DNA of 64,000 bases from Rhodospirillaceae bacterium (GTDB lineage: Bacteria; Pseudomonadota; Alphaproteobacteria; UBA6615): contig JAYOFO010000004.1 of NCBI GenBank assembly GCA_038117265.1, forward strand, positions 18,816 to 82,815. The letters are read 5' to 3'. Below are positions 47,235-58,175 of this stretch, piece after piece. Below the pieces are notes generated by a model. That model worked only from the letters and a program-made list of their open reading frames with translations, was not told the DNA's origin and searched no databases. The position numbers and the translations under genes are program-made. The first letter of the stretch is position 1; every line of letters starts with the position of its first letter.

Positions 47235-48293
47235 ATGAGCCCACGTGTCTTCATCGGATGGTTTGTCGTCACCTTTGCGACGGCTGCATTTGCGCTGGGG
47301 CTGGGCCTGAGCCGCGAAACCTCGACCTTCGACCCGCTCGAACGGGTGCCGGTGTTCGAGGCGCTGCGCGGCGACCCGGATTCGGTCGCGAAGGTGGATG
47401 TGCGCAGCCGGTTCGGTGAGTTCTCCATCGTGCGCGGCGGGTCGGGCTGGGTGTCTCCCGATCGCAGCGACTATCCCGTCGACGAGGCGAGCGTGCGCCG
47501 GCTGATCGCCGGGCTCGCCGACATGCGCTACATCGAACGCAAGACCTCCAACCCCGAGCGTTTCGTGCGCCTCGAGGTCCAGGACATCGATGCGGAGCTT
47601 TCGGACTCGGCCCATGTGAAGGTGTCGAACGCCCAGGACGAGGTACTCGCCGACATCATCGTCGGCCGGCCGAGCGCACGTTTCTTCGACGGCCGGGTCA
47701 GTGGCACCTACATCCGCGAGCCGGGCACCAACAATGTCTGGCTGGTCAGCGGCGTGACCAACGTCCAGACACGGCTGGTCCCCTGGCTCGATCGGAAGAT
47801 CGTCGAAATCCCGGCAAACAGTGTCGCGCGCGTGTCCGTCGGCAGCGGCGAGGGGGCCTACACGCTGTCTCGCGCCTCCGCCGACGAGGAGGAGTTCGCG
47901 ATCGAGGGGGCGCCCGAAGGGCGCGCGCTCGATCCCTCGAAGGCGACGTCGGTCAGCCGGGCGCTGGCCAATGTCGAGCTCGAGGACGTGAAGCCGCGGT
48001 CCGAGCAGTCCCTTCCGGCCGATGCGCAGGTTGCCGAGGCCACGACGTTCGACGGGCTGACGGTGCGGATGCGGCTGGCGGAGGTCGACCGCAAGAAATG
48101 GGCGACCTTTGAGGCGGCCTACACCGGCGATGCCGGCGACGAGTCCGACGAGGCCAAGTTGGCCCGCGCCATAGCGGATGCGATCAACGCGCGGGTCGGG
48201 AACTGGGTCTACTGGCTACCCAGCAGCACCTACACGAACCTGACGCGCCCGCTCGACGACGTGCTCGCCCCCAACGGGGACGGCAGCTCGTAG
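47235..48293 (+). CDS. DUF4340 domain protein
   Basis: 352 aa; N-terminal TM; DUF4340 typically follows GldG-like genes. RBS GAGGGGGG. Confidence 0.55.
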   Translation: MSPRVFIGWFVVTFATAAFALGLGLSRETSTFDPLERVPVFEALRGDPDSVAKVDVRSRFGEFSIVRGGSGWVSPDRSDYPVDEASVRRLIAGLADMRYIERKTSNPERFVRLEVQDIDAELSDSAHVKVSNAQDEVLADIIVGRPSARFFDGRVSGTYIREPGTNNVWLVSGVTNVQTRLVPWLDRKIVEIPANSVARVSVGSGEGAYTLSRASADEEEFAIEGAPEGRALDPSKATSVSRALANVELEDVKPRSEQSLPADAQVAEATTFDGLTVRMRLAEVDRKKWATFEAAYTGDAGDESDEAKLARAIADAINARVGNWVYWLPSSTYTNLTRPLDDVLAPNGDGSS

Positions 48294-48323
48294 ACGCCGC
48301 ACGACGAACGGTTATCATGCGTT

Positions 48324-48358
48324 CGGCCCGCGGGGACTCCGCGGGCCGTTCGTTTCTG
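48324..48358 (+). terminator. Rho-independent terminator after the ABC operon
   Basis: CGGCCCGCGGGG-act-CCGCGGGCCG followed by TTCGTTTCT. Confidence 0.55.
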
Positions 48359-48375
48359 CGAGACGGGAGGCCGGG

Positions 48376-49167
48376 ATGGATCTGGGGCTGGACGGAAAGC
48401 GCGCGCTGGTGACGGGCGCGAGCAAGGGGATCGGGCGCGCGATCGCGACGGCGCTTGCGGCGGAGGGCGCGCGCGTGGTTATCGCGAGCCGCGACGGCGA
48501 TGCCTGCGCGCGCACGGCGGCTGAGATCGCCGGCGCCCATGGGGCCGACGTCTCCGCCACGGCATGCGACATGGGTGATCTGGCGGCCGTCGACCGGCTG
48601 GCCGACTTCGCACACAGCACGCTCGGCGGCGTCGATATTCTCGTGAACAACACCGGCGGGCCGCCCTTCGGGCCGGTCAGCCAGGTCGACACCGAGACGT
48701 GGCGGCAGCATTTCGAGGCGATGTTCCTTAGCGTCGCGCGGCTGACCGGGCGTGTCCTGCCGGCGATGCGCGCGCAGGGATGGGGGCGGGTGCTGCTGGT
48801 GACCTCGACCGGGGTGGTCGAGCCGATCCCGCAGCTCGGCATCTCCAACGCGCTGCGGATCGGCCTGACGAACTGGGCCAAGACCCTGTCACTCGAGGTC
48901 GCGCGCGATGGCGTGACGGTGAACGCGCTGATGCCCGGGCGGATCGACACCGACCGGATGCGCCAGCTCTATGAAGTCACCGCCGAGGCCCGCGGAGTCG
49001 ATGCCGAGACGGTCCGCGCCGAGGTTGCGGACGCGATCCCCATGGGGCGGGTCGGAAATCCGGCGGAGTTCGGGGCCGTGGCGGCGTTTCTGGCCGGCGC
49101 GCCGGCTTCCTACGTCACCGGGACGACCATTGCGATCGACGGCGGGCTGACCCGGCGCAGCGTCTAA
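48376..49167 (+). CDS. SDR family oxidoreductase
   Basis: 263 aa; TGASKGIGRA, NNTG motifs. Confidence 0.75.
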   Translation: MDLGLDGKRALVTGASKGIGRAIATALAAEGARVVIASRDGDACARTAAEIAGAHGADVSATACDMGDLAAVDRLADFAHSTLGGVDILVNNTGGPPFGPVSQVDTETWRQHFEAMFLSVARLTGRVLPAMRAQGWGRVLLVTSTGVVEPIPQLGISNALRIGLTNWAKTLSLEVARDGVTVNALMPGRIDTDRMRQLYEVTAEARGVDAETVRAEVADAIPMGRVGNPAEFGAVAAFLAGAPASYVTGTTIAIDGGLTRRSV

Positions 49168-49228
49168 GGCGTCTATGAAACAGTTTCTTGAGGATTGTGC
49201 CGTTATTGCATCGGCTTCGCGGCAACCG

Positions 49229-49402
49229 TTAACGTGTGCCGCAACTGTAGGCCTTGCCGAACTCCTTCTGGCGATAGAAGGAGGCACCCTCGTTCACCGT
49301 GCATTGCGGCTGGGTCTGTGCGCCTGTGGGCGCGATGGGGCCGGCCAGAACCCCGGCGGCGGCGAGCAGGAAGGCGCTTGCGTGGCGGGAAATCGGGTTC
49401 AT
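49229..49402 (-). CDS. Possible small secreted Cys-containing peptide (57 aa), translationally coupled to the gene upstream
   Basis: MNPISRHASAFLLAAAGVLAGPIAPTGAQTQPQCTVNEGASFYRQKEFGKAYSCGTR. Its ATG overlaps the upstream stop as ATGA. It is below the ORF-track size cutoff. Confidence 0.3.
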   Translation of the reverse strand: MNPISRHASAFLLAAAGVLAGPIAPTGAQTQPQCTVNEGASFYRQKEFGKAYSCGTR

Positions 49403-51045
49403 CGCTCTATCTTTGCCCCGCTTCGCGCGAGTTCCTCCAGCGCGGCCGGCGAGTCCACGTCGAGCAGCACGCTGTCATCGTCCATGGGCACCTCGTGGAC
49501 GACATCGGCATTGTCGCCGATCAGATGCTTCGCGCCGACATCGCCGCTCAGGTGCGACATCTCGTCGAAGAACTGGCTGTCCCAGAGGACCGGGTTGCCG
49601 CGCTTGCCGTTCCAGGTGGGCACGCAGATCGCGCGCCCGGCATCGGGGTCGAACGCGGCCATCAGCTTGTGCAAATGTGCCGGGCCGACGCGCGGCATGT
49701 CGCCCAGCGCGATGAGCGCGCCCTCGCAGGTCTCGGGCAGGGCGGCGAGGCCCACGCGCAGCGACGTGCTCAGCCCGTCCTCATAGTCGGGATTGTGGAC
49801 CACGACCGCATCGCCGCCGACCGCGTCTGCGACACGCTCGGCCTCGTGGCCCGTGACCACGACGACCGGGGATGCGCCCGACTGTGCGACGGCATCGATG
49901 GCGCGCCGGATCATCGGCTTGCCGTCGACACGGATCAGCAGCTTGTTTTCGGCTCCCATGCGCCGGGATTGGCCCGCCGCGAGAATCACGGCCGCGAAAC
50001 GCGGCGCGCGCGGCGCGTCGACCCGGTCGCGCGGTGCGGCCTTCATGCGTGGCAGGGGGCGCGAGGGTATTTCCTTCAACAGGCCGCCGACGCCCATCCC
50101 CATGATGTGGGCGCTTTCGACCTCGATGCCGGCGAGCATGCGCTCGAGCAAGATGTCGTTGCCGCCGACACGCGGGGAACGCGCCGAGCCGGGCAGGGCG
50201 AGGACCGGAATGCCCCCGAGGTCGGCCAGCGCGGTGAGGTTGCCCGGGTCGACCGGCATGCCGAAGTGCCGGACGGTGCCCTTCGCTGCCTCGATGCCCG
50301 CGGGCACCACGTCGCGCCGGTCGGTGGTCGCCGAGGCGCCGACGACGAGGATGATTTCGGCGCCGGCGTCGCGCGCCGCGCCGAGCGCATGCGCGATGGC
50401 CTCCGGCGTGTGCGCAACGGTGTCGGAGCGTCCCAGGGTGCTGCCCAGGGCCTCGACGCGGGCCCGGATCACGCCCTCGGTCTTGGCGATCAGCCGCGGG
50501 GCGAGACCCGGCAACGTCGTCTGCACCAGCGCGAACCGGCGGTGCCGGTAGGGCAGGACCGAGACAAGTCCGCTGCCCACAACGCGCGCGGCGGCCTCGG
50601 CCTGTGCGAGTCGTGCCTCGCCGACCGCGAAGGGGATGATCTTCACCGTTGCGACGACCTGTCCGGCCTCCACCCGGTCGAGCGGGTGCAGGGTCGACAT
50701 GGTGATCCCTTCGTCGACGGCGTTCACGCGATCGATCGCGGCGGGATCGATGCGCACGATACCGTCATGGGCCGCGAACAGGTTGACCCGGCCGGTGCCG
50801 GCGATGCCGGTTCCCACGCCGTCGCCCGTCGCGGCCTCGGCCAGGCGGCGTGCGGCATCGTTCTCGCCGACATCGTCGGCCTCGATGATGGCCACGGTGA
50901 CCGTCTCGACCCCGTCGGCGATAAGCTGGCCGACGTCATCGTCGGAAAGGATCCGCCCCTTCCGGTACTTGCGGCCCCCCAGCGTCTGGCCGTGCACCAG
51001 AAGTGCGCCAGCGGCCTCGCTCACCGGTACGGGTCCGAACCTCAT
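49399..51045 (-). CDS. Molybdopterin-binding domain / MocA-like molybdenum cofactor cytidylyltransferase fusion protein
   Basis: 548 aa from MRFGPVPVSE; N-terminal MoCF-biosynthesis domain, C-terminal NTP-transferase (AAVILAAGQSRRMGAENKLL). The track ORF 49399..52023 is a read-through frame. Confidence 0.65.
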   Translation of the reverse strand: MRFGPVPVSEAAGALLVHGQTLGGRKYRKGRILSDDDVGQLIADGVETVTVAIIEADDVGENDAARRLAEAATGDGVGTGIAGTGRVNLFAAHDGIVRIDPAAIDRVNAVDEGITMSTLHPLDRVEAGQVVATVKIIPFAVGEARLAQAEAAARVVGSGLVSVLPYRHRRFALVQTTLPGLAPRLIAKTEGVIRARVEALGSTLGRSDTVAHTPEAIAHALGAARDAGAEIILVVGASATTDRRDVVPAGIEAAKGTVRHFGMPVDPGNLTALADLGGIPVLALPGSARSPRVGGNDILLERMLAGIEVESAHIMGMGVGGLLKEIPSRPLPRMKAAPRDRVDAPRAPRFAAVILAAGQSRRMGAENKLLIRVDGKPMIRRAIDAVAQSGASPVVVVTGHEAERVADAVGGDAVVVHNPDYEDGLSTSLRVGLAALPETCEGALIALGDMPRVGPAHLHKLMAAFDPDAGRAICVPTWNGKRGNPVLWDSQFFDEMSHLSGDVGAKHLIGDNADVVHEVPMDDDSVLLDVDSPAALEELARSGAKIER

Positions 51046-51734
51046 TCGCCGTGCAGGACCTGCGTGATCTGCGCCATGATCGAGATGGCAATTTCTGCAG
51101 GGCTCTTTGCGTTGATGGCGAGGCCGACAGGCGAGTGGATGCGCGCGATCTCTTCGTCCGTGTAGCAGGCCTCCATGAGGCGCTCGACACGGCCGGCATG
51201 GGTGCGCCGGCTGCCCAGCGATCCGATGTAGAAGGCATCGGACCGCAGTGCGACGTGGAGCGCGGGGTCGTCCAGCTTGGGGTCGTGGGTCAGGGTGACG
51301 ACCGCGGTTCGCGCATCGATGCCCAGCGTGCTCAGCGCATCGTCGGGCCAGTCCTCGCTCAGGGTGACATCGGGAAACCGGTCGCGGGTGGCGAAGGCGC
51401 CGCGGGGGTCGACGATCACGACCTCGTATCCCGACGTCTGTGCTAGCAGGACGAGCGGCTGGGCGATGTGGACGGCGCCGACGACGATCAGTCGTTTCGG
51501 CGGGTTGAACACCTGCACGAACAGCGAGGCGTCGGTGTCGTGTACGCGCCCCGACTTGTCGTCGCGGATCGCGGCACGGGCCGCATCCAGCGTGGCGTCG
51601 TCGAGCGCCAGCGCGCCTTCGGCCCGGTCGGTGTAGACGAGGGCCTGTTCGCCGGATTCCAGGTTCGAGACCAGCGCCACCGGCTGCTTGGCTTCGCGTG
51701 CGGCGAGCAGGGCTTGGAGGGTTTCGGGGCGCAT
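51042..51734 (-). CDS. XdhC/CoxI family protein, Rossmann-like C-terminal domain
   Basis: 230 aa; LIVVGAVHIAQ Rossmann motif. Stop overlaps the downstream start (ATGA). Confidence 0.65.
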   Translation of the reverse strand: MRPETLQALLAAREAKQPVALVSNLESGEQALVYTDRAEGALALDDATLDAARAAIRDDKSGRVHDTDASLFVQVFNPPKRLIVVGAVHIAQPLVLLAQTSGYEVVIVDPRGAFATRDRFPDVTLSEDWPDDALSTLGIDARTAVVTLTHDPKLDDPALHVALRSDAFYIGSLGSRRTHAGRVERLMEACYTDEEIARIHSPVGLAINAKSPAEIAISIMAQITQVLHGE

Positions 51735-51740
51735 GTCGGG

Positions 51741-52088
51741 TCAGTCGATCCGCTCGACCCAGACCTCGACCTTGCCACCGCAGGCGAGGCCGACTTCCCA
51801 GGCCATTTCGTCGGACACGCCGAAGTCGAGCAGGCGCGGCTTGCCGTCCTTCATCACCTCGCGGGCCTCGTGGACGACGGCACCCTCGATGCAGCCGCCC
51901 GAGACCGAGCCGATCATGTTGCCGTCCTCGTCGATGGCGAGCTGGCTGCCGACGGGACGGGGCGAGGAGCCCCAGGTGCTGACGACCGTCGCCAGGGCGA
52001 CGTTGCGACCGCCTTGCCGCCATGCGGCGGCCTGTTCGACGATGTCGTCATGGTCGAGGGTCTGCAGGTTGATCGATGCTTCGCTCAT
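51741..52088 (-). CDS. XdhC/CoxI family N-terminal domain protein
   Basis: 115 aa from MSEASINLQ (GGAGG RBS); SVSGGCIEGAV motif. Confidence 0.6.
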   Translation of the reverse strand: MSEASINLQTLDHDDIVEQAAAWRQGGRNVALATVVSTWGSSPRPVGSQLAIDEDGNMIGSVSGGCIEGAVVHEAREVMKDGKPRLLDFGVSDEMAWEVGLACGGKVEVWVERID

Positions 52089-53392
52089 TCGGCTGCCTCC
52101 TGCCACTTGCGCGCCACCTTGGCCCGTTCCGGGGCCGGTTTCGACAGCGACGCGGCCAACTGTTCCAGGCTTTCCAGGTTGTGGATCGAACGGAACTCGT
52201 CGACGTGCGGCAGGATCGACCGAGCGCCGAGCGACTTCGGTTCGTAACGATCATAACGTAGGAGCGGGTTCAGCCAGATCAAGCGGCGGCATGACATGTG
52301 CAAGCGCTCGATCTCGCCCTCCAGCCCGTCCGCGGCGTCGCGGTCGAGGCCGTCGGTGATCATCAGGACCACCGCACCCTGGCCGAGCACGCGACGCGAC
52401 CATTGCGTGTTGAAGTCGTGCAGCGAATGGCCGATCCGGGTGCCGCCCGACCAGTCGTCGACCGCTTCGACCACCTTGTCCAGCGCCTCGTCGACATCCT
52501 TGTAGCGCAGCTGGCGGGTGACGTTGGTCAGCTGCGTGCCGAACAGGAAGGTGTGGACCCGGTCGCGGTCGTTCGTGACGGCGTGCATGAAGTGCAGCAT
52601 CATGCGCGAATAGCGGCTCATCGAGCCCGAGATGTCGCACAGCACGACCAGGGGCGGGGGGCGCCGCTTGCGCTTGCGGTACTGCAGCGGGATCGAGGCG
52701 CCGCCGCCGCGCATCGCCGCGCGCAGGGTGGCCCGCATGTCGATCCGCCGGCCGCGCTTGTCGCGGCGGAACCGGCGGGTCGGCATCTCGTCGATAGGCA
52801 GGCGCATGCGCGCGATAGCTCGCTTAGCCGCCTCGACCTCCTCGCGCGACATCTTCTCGAAGTCGGTCTTCTGCAAAACCTCGTTGGCCGACCAGGTCAT
52901 CACCGCATCGACGGTGATCTCGGGGTCTTCCTCGTCCTCGCCGTCGCCCTGGCCCGGCATCTCCGAGCGGTCCTGCTGCAGCGCCTCGGCCAGCCGGCGG
53001 TTCATTTCCTCGGCCTGCTGCTGGGCGTCGGGGTCGACGAAGGAGGGCAGGACCAGAGAGGCCATTCGCTCGAGCAGCTTGGGATTCCGCCAGAAGACGT
53101 GGAACGCCTGGTCGAAGATTTCACGCTGGTCGCGCCGGTTCACGAACACGGCGTGGAGCGTCCAGTAGAAATCGTCGCGGTTGCCGATGCCCACCGTCTC
53201 GACGGCGTTGATGGCCTCGATCACCCGTCCTGGCCCCACCGGCAGGCCCGCAGCGCGCAGCACGCGCGCGAAATGCATGATGTTCGTGGCGATCCGGCCC
53301 TCGTCGCCCGCGCGGGCCTCGGGAATCTCGTCGAGCGCCGTCCTGGCCCGGATCGCCGGGCGGGCCTCGTCGGGGATCGCCTTCTCGGACAC
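52085..53392 (-). CDS. coxE: VWA domain protein (CoxE-like)
   Basis: 435 aa; C-terminal VWA with a MIDAS motif (VVLCDISGSMS context). GTG start 9 nt after the moxR stop. Confidence 0.6.
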   Translation of the reverse strand: MSEKAIPDEARPAIRARTALDEIPEARAGDEGRIATNIMHFARVLRAAGLPVGPGRVIEAINAVETVGIGNRDDFYWTLHAVFVNRRDQREIFDQAFHVFWRNPKLLERMASLVLPSFVDPDAQQQAEEMNRRLAEALQQDRSEMPGQGDGEDEEDPEITVDAVMTWSANEVLQKTDFEKMSREEVEAAKRAIARMRLPIDEMPTRRFRRDKRGRRIDMRATLRAAMRGGGASIPLQYRKRKRRPPPLVVLCDISGSMSRYSRMMLHFMHAVTNDRDRVHTFLFGTQLTNVTRQLRYKDVDEALDKVVEAVDDWSGGTRIGHSLHDFNTQWSRRVLGQGAVVLMITDGLDRDAADGLEGEIERLHMSCRRLIWLNPLLRYDRYEPKSLGARSILPHVDEFRSIHNLESLEQLAASLSKPAPERAKVARKWQEAAE

Positions 53393-53401
53393 CGCGGCGT
53401 C

Positions 53402-54328
53402 CTAGCTCGTCGCCGTCTGCGCCAACGCGACCTCGCTCTTGACCTGATCGAGGATGCGTGCGGCCTCGCTGCCGCGGATCTTGGCGATGTCGTCCTGGTA
53501 CTTGAGCAGCACGCCCAGCGTGTCGTCGATCGCCTCGGGCGTGAGTTCGATTATGTCGAGCTGGTGCAGCGCCGAGGCCCAGTCGATCGTCTCGGCGATG
53601 CCCGGCAGCTTGAACAGGTCCATCTCGCGCAGCTTCTGGACGAATTCGACGACCTGGCACGACAGCCTCGCGCCGGCCTGGGGCGCCTTGATCGCCAGGA
53701 TTTCCAGCTCGCGCACGGCATCGGGATAGTCGACCCAGTAATAGAAGCAGCGGCGCTTCAGCGCGTCGTGAATCTCGCGCGTGCGGTTCGAGGTGATGAC
53801 GACGATCGGCGGCTTGTCGGCGCGGATCGTGCCGATCTCGGGGATCGTGATCTGGAAGTCCGACAGCACCTCCAGCAGGTAGGCCTCGAACGCCTCGTCG
53901 GTGCGGTCGAGCTCGTCGATCAGCAGCACGGGCGGGCCGTCGGCGGACGGGTCGAGCGCCTGCAGCAGGGGGCGGTGGATCAGGAACCGGTTGGAGAAGA
54001 TGTCGTCGCCCAGGCGCTCGCGGTCGGCGACGCCCTCGGCCTCGGCCATGCGGATCTCGATCATCTGGGCCGAATAGTTCCACTCGTACACGGCGGACGC
54101 CACATCGAGGCCCTCGTAACACTGCAGGCGCACCAGCCGGCGGCCCAGCGTGTCGGCCAGCACCTTGGCGATCTCGGTCTTCCCGACACCGGCCTCGCCC
54201 TCGAGGAAGAGGGGGCGTCCGAGCTGCAGCGACAGGTAGACCGCCGTCGCCAGGCTGCGGTCGGAGACGTAGTTGCCGTCGGCAAGCAGCTCCAGGGTGC
54301 TTTCGACGTTCTCAGGAAGACTGGTCAA
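53402..54328 (-). CDS. coxD: MoxR-like AAA+ ATPase (CoxD-like)
   Basis: 308 aa; Walker A GEAGVGKT, Walker B LLIDELDR. TTG start. Confidence 0.7.
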   Translation of the reverse strand: MTSLPENVESTLELLADGNYVSDRSLATAVYLSLQLGRPLFLEGEAGVGKTEIAKVLADTLGRRLVRLQCYEGLDVASAVYEWNYSAQMIEIRMAEAEGVADRERLGDDIFSNRFLIHRPLLQALDPSADGPPVLLIDELDRTDEAFEAYLLEVLSDFQITIPEIGTIRADKPPIVVITSNRTREIHDALKRRCFYYWVDYPDAVRELEILAIKAPQAGARLSCQVVEFVQKLREMDLFKLPGIAETIDWASALHQLDIIELTPEAIDDTLGVLLKYQDDIAKIRGSEAARILDQVKSEVALAQTATS

Positions 54329-54504
54329 GGGAATTTCTCACCCGCGTTGCGGCGCGAACGAACGGTTCGCCCATGAATTGAAGGTATTCCGATGTTCGGG
54401 GTCTGACGTTGATATAGCTCAGGGACCGCATTCGTCCAACCCGACCAAGCAAGACGGCCGGGGCGGGGCCCCGGCCGTCGCGCCAGTATATACGGCGATT
54501 GGGA

Positions 54505-55302
54505 TCAGCCGGCAGCGGCAACCGCGCGGCTCGCCATCACCGAGATGAGGTGCGCGCGATAGTCTGCGGAGGCATGGATGTCGGCGTTGAGACCGTCGGC
54601 CGACATCTTCACGCCCTTGGCGGCATCGGCGCTCCAGTTGCCCGACAGCGCGCTCTCGATCTCGGCGGCGCGGAACACGCCGTCCTGGCCGGCGCCGGTC
54701 ACCGCGACGCGGATCTCGCCACCGGTCTGCGCGACCATCACGCCCACCAGCGCATAGCGCGAGGCGGGGTTCGGGAACTTGGTGTAGGCCGCCTTGCCGG
54801 GGACGGGGAAGCGGACCGCGGTGATCAGCTCACCTTCCTCGAGCGTGGTGGTGAACATGCCGTCGAAATAATCGTCGGCGGCGATCTCGCGCTTGTTCGT
54901 GATCACCGTAGCGTTCAGGCCGAGCACTGCGGCCGGATAGTCGGCGGCCGGGTCGTTGTTGGCCAGCGAACCGCCGATGGTGCCGCGGTTGCGCACCTGG
55001 GGATCGCCGATATGGCTGGCGAGGCTGGCGAGCGCCGGGATCTTGCTCTGGACCACAGGCGAATTCGCCACGTCGACGTGGCGGGTCATCGCCTTGATGG
55101 TGACGCTGTCGCCGCCATCCTCGATGCCGACCAGGTCGCCGATGCCGGCGAGGTCGACGAGGTCCGAAGGCTGCGCGAGGCGCTGCTTCAGCGTCGGAAT
55201 CAGGGTCATGCCGCCGGCCAGGAACCGGCCGTCCTCGGACGAAGTCACGGCTTTGGCTGCAGCGTCGGCCGAACCCGCCTTCTGATAGTTGAACTGGTAC
55301 AT
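54505..55302 (-). CDS. coxM: CODH/xanthine dehydrogenase family FAD-binding medium subunit (CoxM-like)
   Basis: 265 aa; [18 protein letters not shown] motifs. RBS GGGAGG. Confidence 0.8.
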   Translation of the reverse strand: MYQFNYQKAGSADAAAKAVTSSEDGRFLAGGMTLIPTLKQRLAQPSDLVDLAGIGDLVGIEDGGDSVTIKAMTRHVDVANSPVVQSKIPALASLASHIGDPQVRNRGTIGGSLANNDPAADYPAAVLGLNATVITNKREIAADDYFDGMFTTTLEEGELITAVRFPVPGKAAYTKFPNPASRYALVGVMVAQTGGEIRVAVTGAGQDGVFRAAEIESALSGNWSADAAKGVKMSADGLNADIHASADYRAHLISVMASRAVAAAG

Positions 55303-55324
55303 CGTCTACCTCCCTCGCCAGACG

Positions 55325-57703
55325 TTACTCCGCCGCCTGGCGGATCGTGGAACCGTTGATCGCCTGCCAAACCTTCTGCGGCGTGGCCGGCATTGAAATG
55401 TCTTCGACGCCGAGCGGCGCCAGTGCGTCGAGGATCGCGTTGATCACCGCTGGCGGCGAGCCGATGGCACCGACCTCGCCGACGCCCTTGACCTCGAGCG
55501 GGTTGGACGCGCCCATCACGCTCTTGGTCGAGGCCGCATAGCTCGGCACGTCGTCGGCCCGCGGCATGGTGTAGTCCATGTACGAGCCGGACAGGAGCTG
55601 TCCGTCGCTGTCGTAGACGCAGCCCTCGAGCAGCGCCTGGCCAATGCCCTGGGTCAGGCCGCCATGGACCTGTCCCTCGACGATCATCGGGTTGATGACG
55701 CGCCCGACATCGTCGACCGCCGTCATGCCCACGATCTCGACATCGCCCGTCTCGGGGTCGACCTCGACCTCGCAGATGTGACAGCCGCCGGGGAAGCTGA
55801 AGTTGAGCGGGTCGTAGAACGCGTTCTCGTCGAGCCCGGGCTCGATCTCCTCGATCGGGTAGTTGTGGGGCACATAGGCCGCCAGCGAGACCTCGCCGAA
55901 CGCCATCTCCTTGTCGGTGCCCGCGACGGTGAACTTGCCGTCTGCGAACTCGATGTCTGAGACGTCGGCCTCGAGGATGTGCGCCGCGATCTTCTTGGCC
56001 TTGTCGATGACCTTGTTACAGGCCTTGAGGATCGCCGGCCCCCCCACCGCGAGCGAACGCGAGCCGTAGGTGCCCATGCCGAACTGGACCTGGTCGGTGT
56101 CGCCGTGGCTGATCTCGACGTTCTCGATCGGGATGCCGAACGTGTCGGAGACGAGCTGGGCGAAAGTGGTCTCGTGGCCCTGGCCGTGGCTGTGGGTGCC
56201 CGTGTAGACGGTCACCGAGCCGGTCGGGTGCACGCGCACCTGCGCGGACTCATAGAGTCCTGCGCGGGCGCCCAGCGCCCCGGCGACGGCCGACGGCGCG
56301 ATGCCGCACGCCTCGATATAGGTAGAAATGCCGATGCCGCGCAGCTTGCCGACTTTCTCCGCCGCGGCACGTCGCTTCTCGAAGCCGGCATAGTCGGCGG
56401 CCTCGAGTGCGGCATCGAACGAGGCGGGATAGTCGCCGCAGTCGTACTGCAGCGCCACCGGCGTCTGGTAGGGGAACTGGTCCGGCTGGATCATGTTCCG
56501 CTTGCGCAGCTCGACGGGGTCGATGCCCGTCTCGCGCGCCGCCTTGGCGACGAGGCGTTCGAGCAGGTAGGTGCATTCGGGGCGCCCGGCGCCGCGATAG
56601 GCGTCGACAGGCACGGTGTTGGTGAACACCGTCTGCACCTCGGCATAGATCGCGGGCGTCTGGTACACGCCGGCGAGCAGGGTCGCGTAGAGGTAAGTCG
56701 GCACGCTCGACCCGAACGTCGAGAGATAGGCGCCGATGTTAGCCTTGGTCGCGACACGCAGGCCGATGAACTTGCCGTCGGCGTCGAGCGCGAGCTCGGC
56801 GTGGCTCTCATGGTCGCGGCCGTGGGCGTCGGTCATGAAGGATTCCGAACGCTCCGCCGTCCACTTGATCGGGCGGTTCACCTTGGCCGCGGCCCAGGTG
56901 AGGATCGCCTCCTCGGCGTAGTGGAAGATCTTCGAGCCGAAGCCGCCGCCGACATCGGGCGCGACGACGCGCAGCTTGTGCTCGGGAATCTGCAGCACGA
57001 ACGCGCCCATCAGCAGCCGGATGACGTGCGGGTTCTGGCTGGTGGTGTAGAGCGTGTGGCGGCCCGACGTGCGGTCGTAGTCCGAGATCGCCGCGCGCGG
57101 CTCCATCGCGTTGGGGATCAGGCGGTTGTTGACCAGGTCGATCGAGACGATTGTCGCGGCGTTCGCGAAGGCGGCGTCGGTGGCCTCCTTGTCGCCGATC
57201 TCCCAGTCGAAGCAGCGATTGTTGGGGACGTCGTCATGGACGAGGGTCCCGCCTGCCAGCGCCGCGTCCATGTCGATGACGGCGGGCAGCACATCGTAGT
57301 CGACGGCGATCAGTTCGGCGGCGTCGCGCGCCTGGCCGCGGGTCTCGGCGATGACGATGGCGACCTGGTCGCCGACGTGACGCACCTTGTCGACGGCCAG
57401 CGGCGGGTGGCCCGGCTCGAGCATCGGCGAGCCGTCCTTGTTGTGGATCTGCCAGCCGCAGGGCAGGCCGCCAACCCCGTCAGCGGCCATGTCGGCGCCG
57501 GTCAGCACGGCCAGCACGCCGTCGGCGGCGCGCGCCTTCGAGGTGTCGACCTTCGCCAGCTTCGCGTGCGCGTGCGGCGACCGCAGAATCCAGGCGTGGG
57601 CCTGGCCCGGCCGGTTGATGTCGTCGGTGTAGTTGCCGTTCCCCGTCAGGAACCGCCGGTCCTCAACGCGCCTGACGGGAGCTCCGATACCGGTGGCCGT
57701 CAT
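55325..57703 (-). CDS. coxL: Molybdopterin-binding large subunit, form II CODH-like (AYRGAGR active-site loop)
   Basis: 792 aa; [11 protein letters not shown] (form II, not the form I AYxCSFR). RBS GAAGGGATAA. Confidence 0.8.
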   Translation of the reverse strand: MTATGIGAPVRRVEDRRFLTGNGNYTDDINRPGQAHAWILRSPHAHAKLAKVDTSKARAADGVLAVLTGADMAADGVGGLPCGWQIHNKDGSPMLEPGHPPLAVDKVRHVGDQVAIVIAETRGQARDAAELIAVDYDVLPAVIDMDAALAGGTLVHDDVPNNRCFDWEIGDKEATDAAFANAATIVSIDLVNNRLIPNAMEPRAAISDYDRTSGRHTLYTTSQNPHVIRLLMGAFVLQIPEHKLRVVAPDVGGGFGSKIFHYAEEAILTWAAAKVNRPIKWTAERSESFMTDAHGRDHESHAELALDADGKFIGLRVATKANIGAYLSTFGSSVPTYLYATLLAGVYQTPAIYAEVQTVFTNTVPVDAYRGAGRPECTYLLERLVAKAARETGIDPVELRKRNMIQPDQFPYQTPVALQYDCGDYPASFDAALEAADYAGFEKRRAAAEKVGKLRGIGISTYIEACGIAPSAVAGALGARAGLYESAQVRVHPTGSVTVYTGTHSHGQGHETTFAQLVSDTFGIPIENVEISHGDTDQVQFGMGTYGSRSLAVGGPAILKACNKVIDKAKKIAAHILEADVSDIEFADGKFTVAGTDKEMAFGEVSLAAYVPHNYPIEEIEPGLDENAFYDPLNFSFPGGCHICEVEVDPETGDVEIVGMTAVDDVGRVINPMIVEGQVHGGLTQGIGQALLEGCVYDSDGQLLSGSYMDYTMPRADDVPSYAASTKSVMGASNPLEVKGVGEVGAIGSPPAVINAILDALAPLGVEDISMPATPQKVWQAINGSTIRQAAE

Positions 57704-57707
57704 GACG

Positions 57708-58175
57708 TTATCCCTTCAGGGCTTGTGCGCCGGCCAGGATGGACTTGACGATATTGTGGTAGCCGGTGCAGCGGCAGAGGTTGCCCTCGAGCCACTCGCG
57801 AACATCTTTCTCGCTCGGATCGGAGTTCTTCTTCACCAGATCGAGCGCGCTCATTACCATGCCCGGAGTGCAGAAGCCGCACTGCAGGCCGTGGTTCTCG
57901 CGGAAGGCCTCCTGCATCGGGTGCAGGGTGTCGCCGTCGGCCAGGCCCTCGATCGAGGTGACGTCGGCTCCTTCGTTCTGCATCGCCAACGTCGTGCACG
58001 ACTTCACGGACTCGCCGTTCACATGCACCACGCACGCGCCGCACTGGCTGGTGTCGCAGCCGACATGGGTACCGGTCAGCCCCAGATGTTCGCGAAGATA
58101 CTGAACGAGCAAGGTCCTCGGCTCGACATCAGCCGAGACGGACTTTCCGTTCACCGTCATGGACACGGTGGGCAT
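57708..58175 (-). CDS. coxS: (2Fe-2S)-binding small subunit (CoxS-like)
   Basis: 155 aa; CDTSQCGAC and CGFCTPG...CRCTGY. RBS GGGAGGAG. Confidence 0.85.
   Translation of the reverse strand: MPTVSMTVNGKSVSADVEPRTLLVQYLREHLGLTGTHVGCDTSQCGACVVHVNGESVKSCTTLAMQNEGADVTSIEGLADGDTLHPMQEAFRENHGLQCGFCTPGMVMSALDLVKKNSDPSEKDVREWLEGNLCRCTGYHNIVKSILAGAQALKG

Noticed and set aside
49195-52023. 874-aa minus ORF and 656-aa plus ORF across the mocA/xdhC region
   Set aside because: The 874-aa frame merges the moco-binding/MocA fusion with upstream sequence. The ATGA-coupled starts at 51045 and 51734 delimit separate genes. The plus-strand ORF is an antisense shadow.
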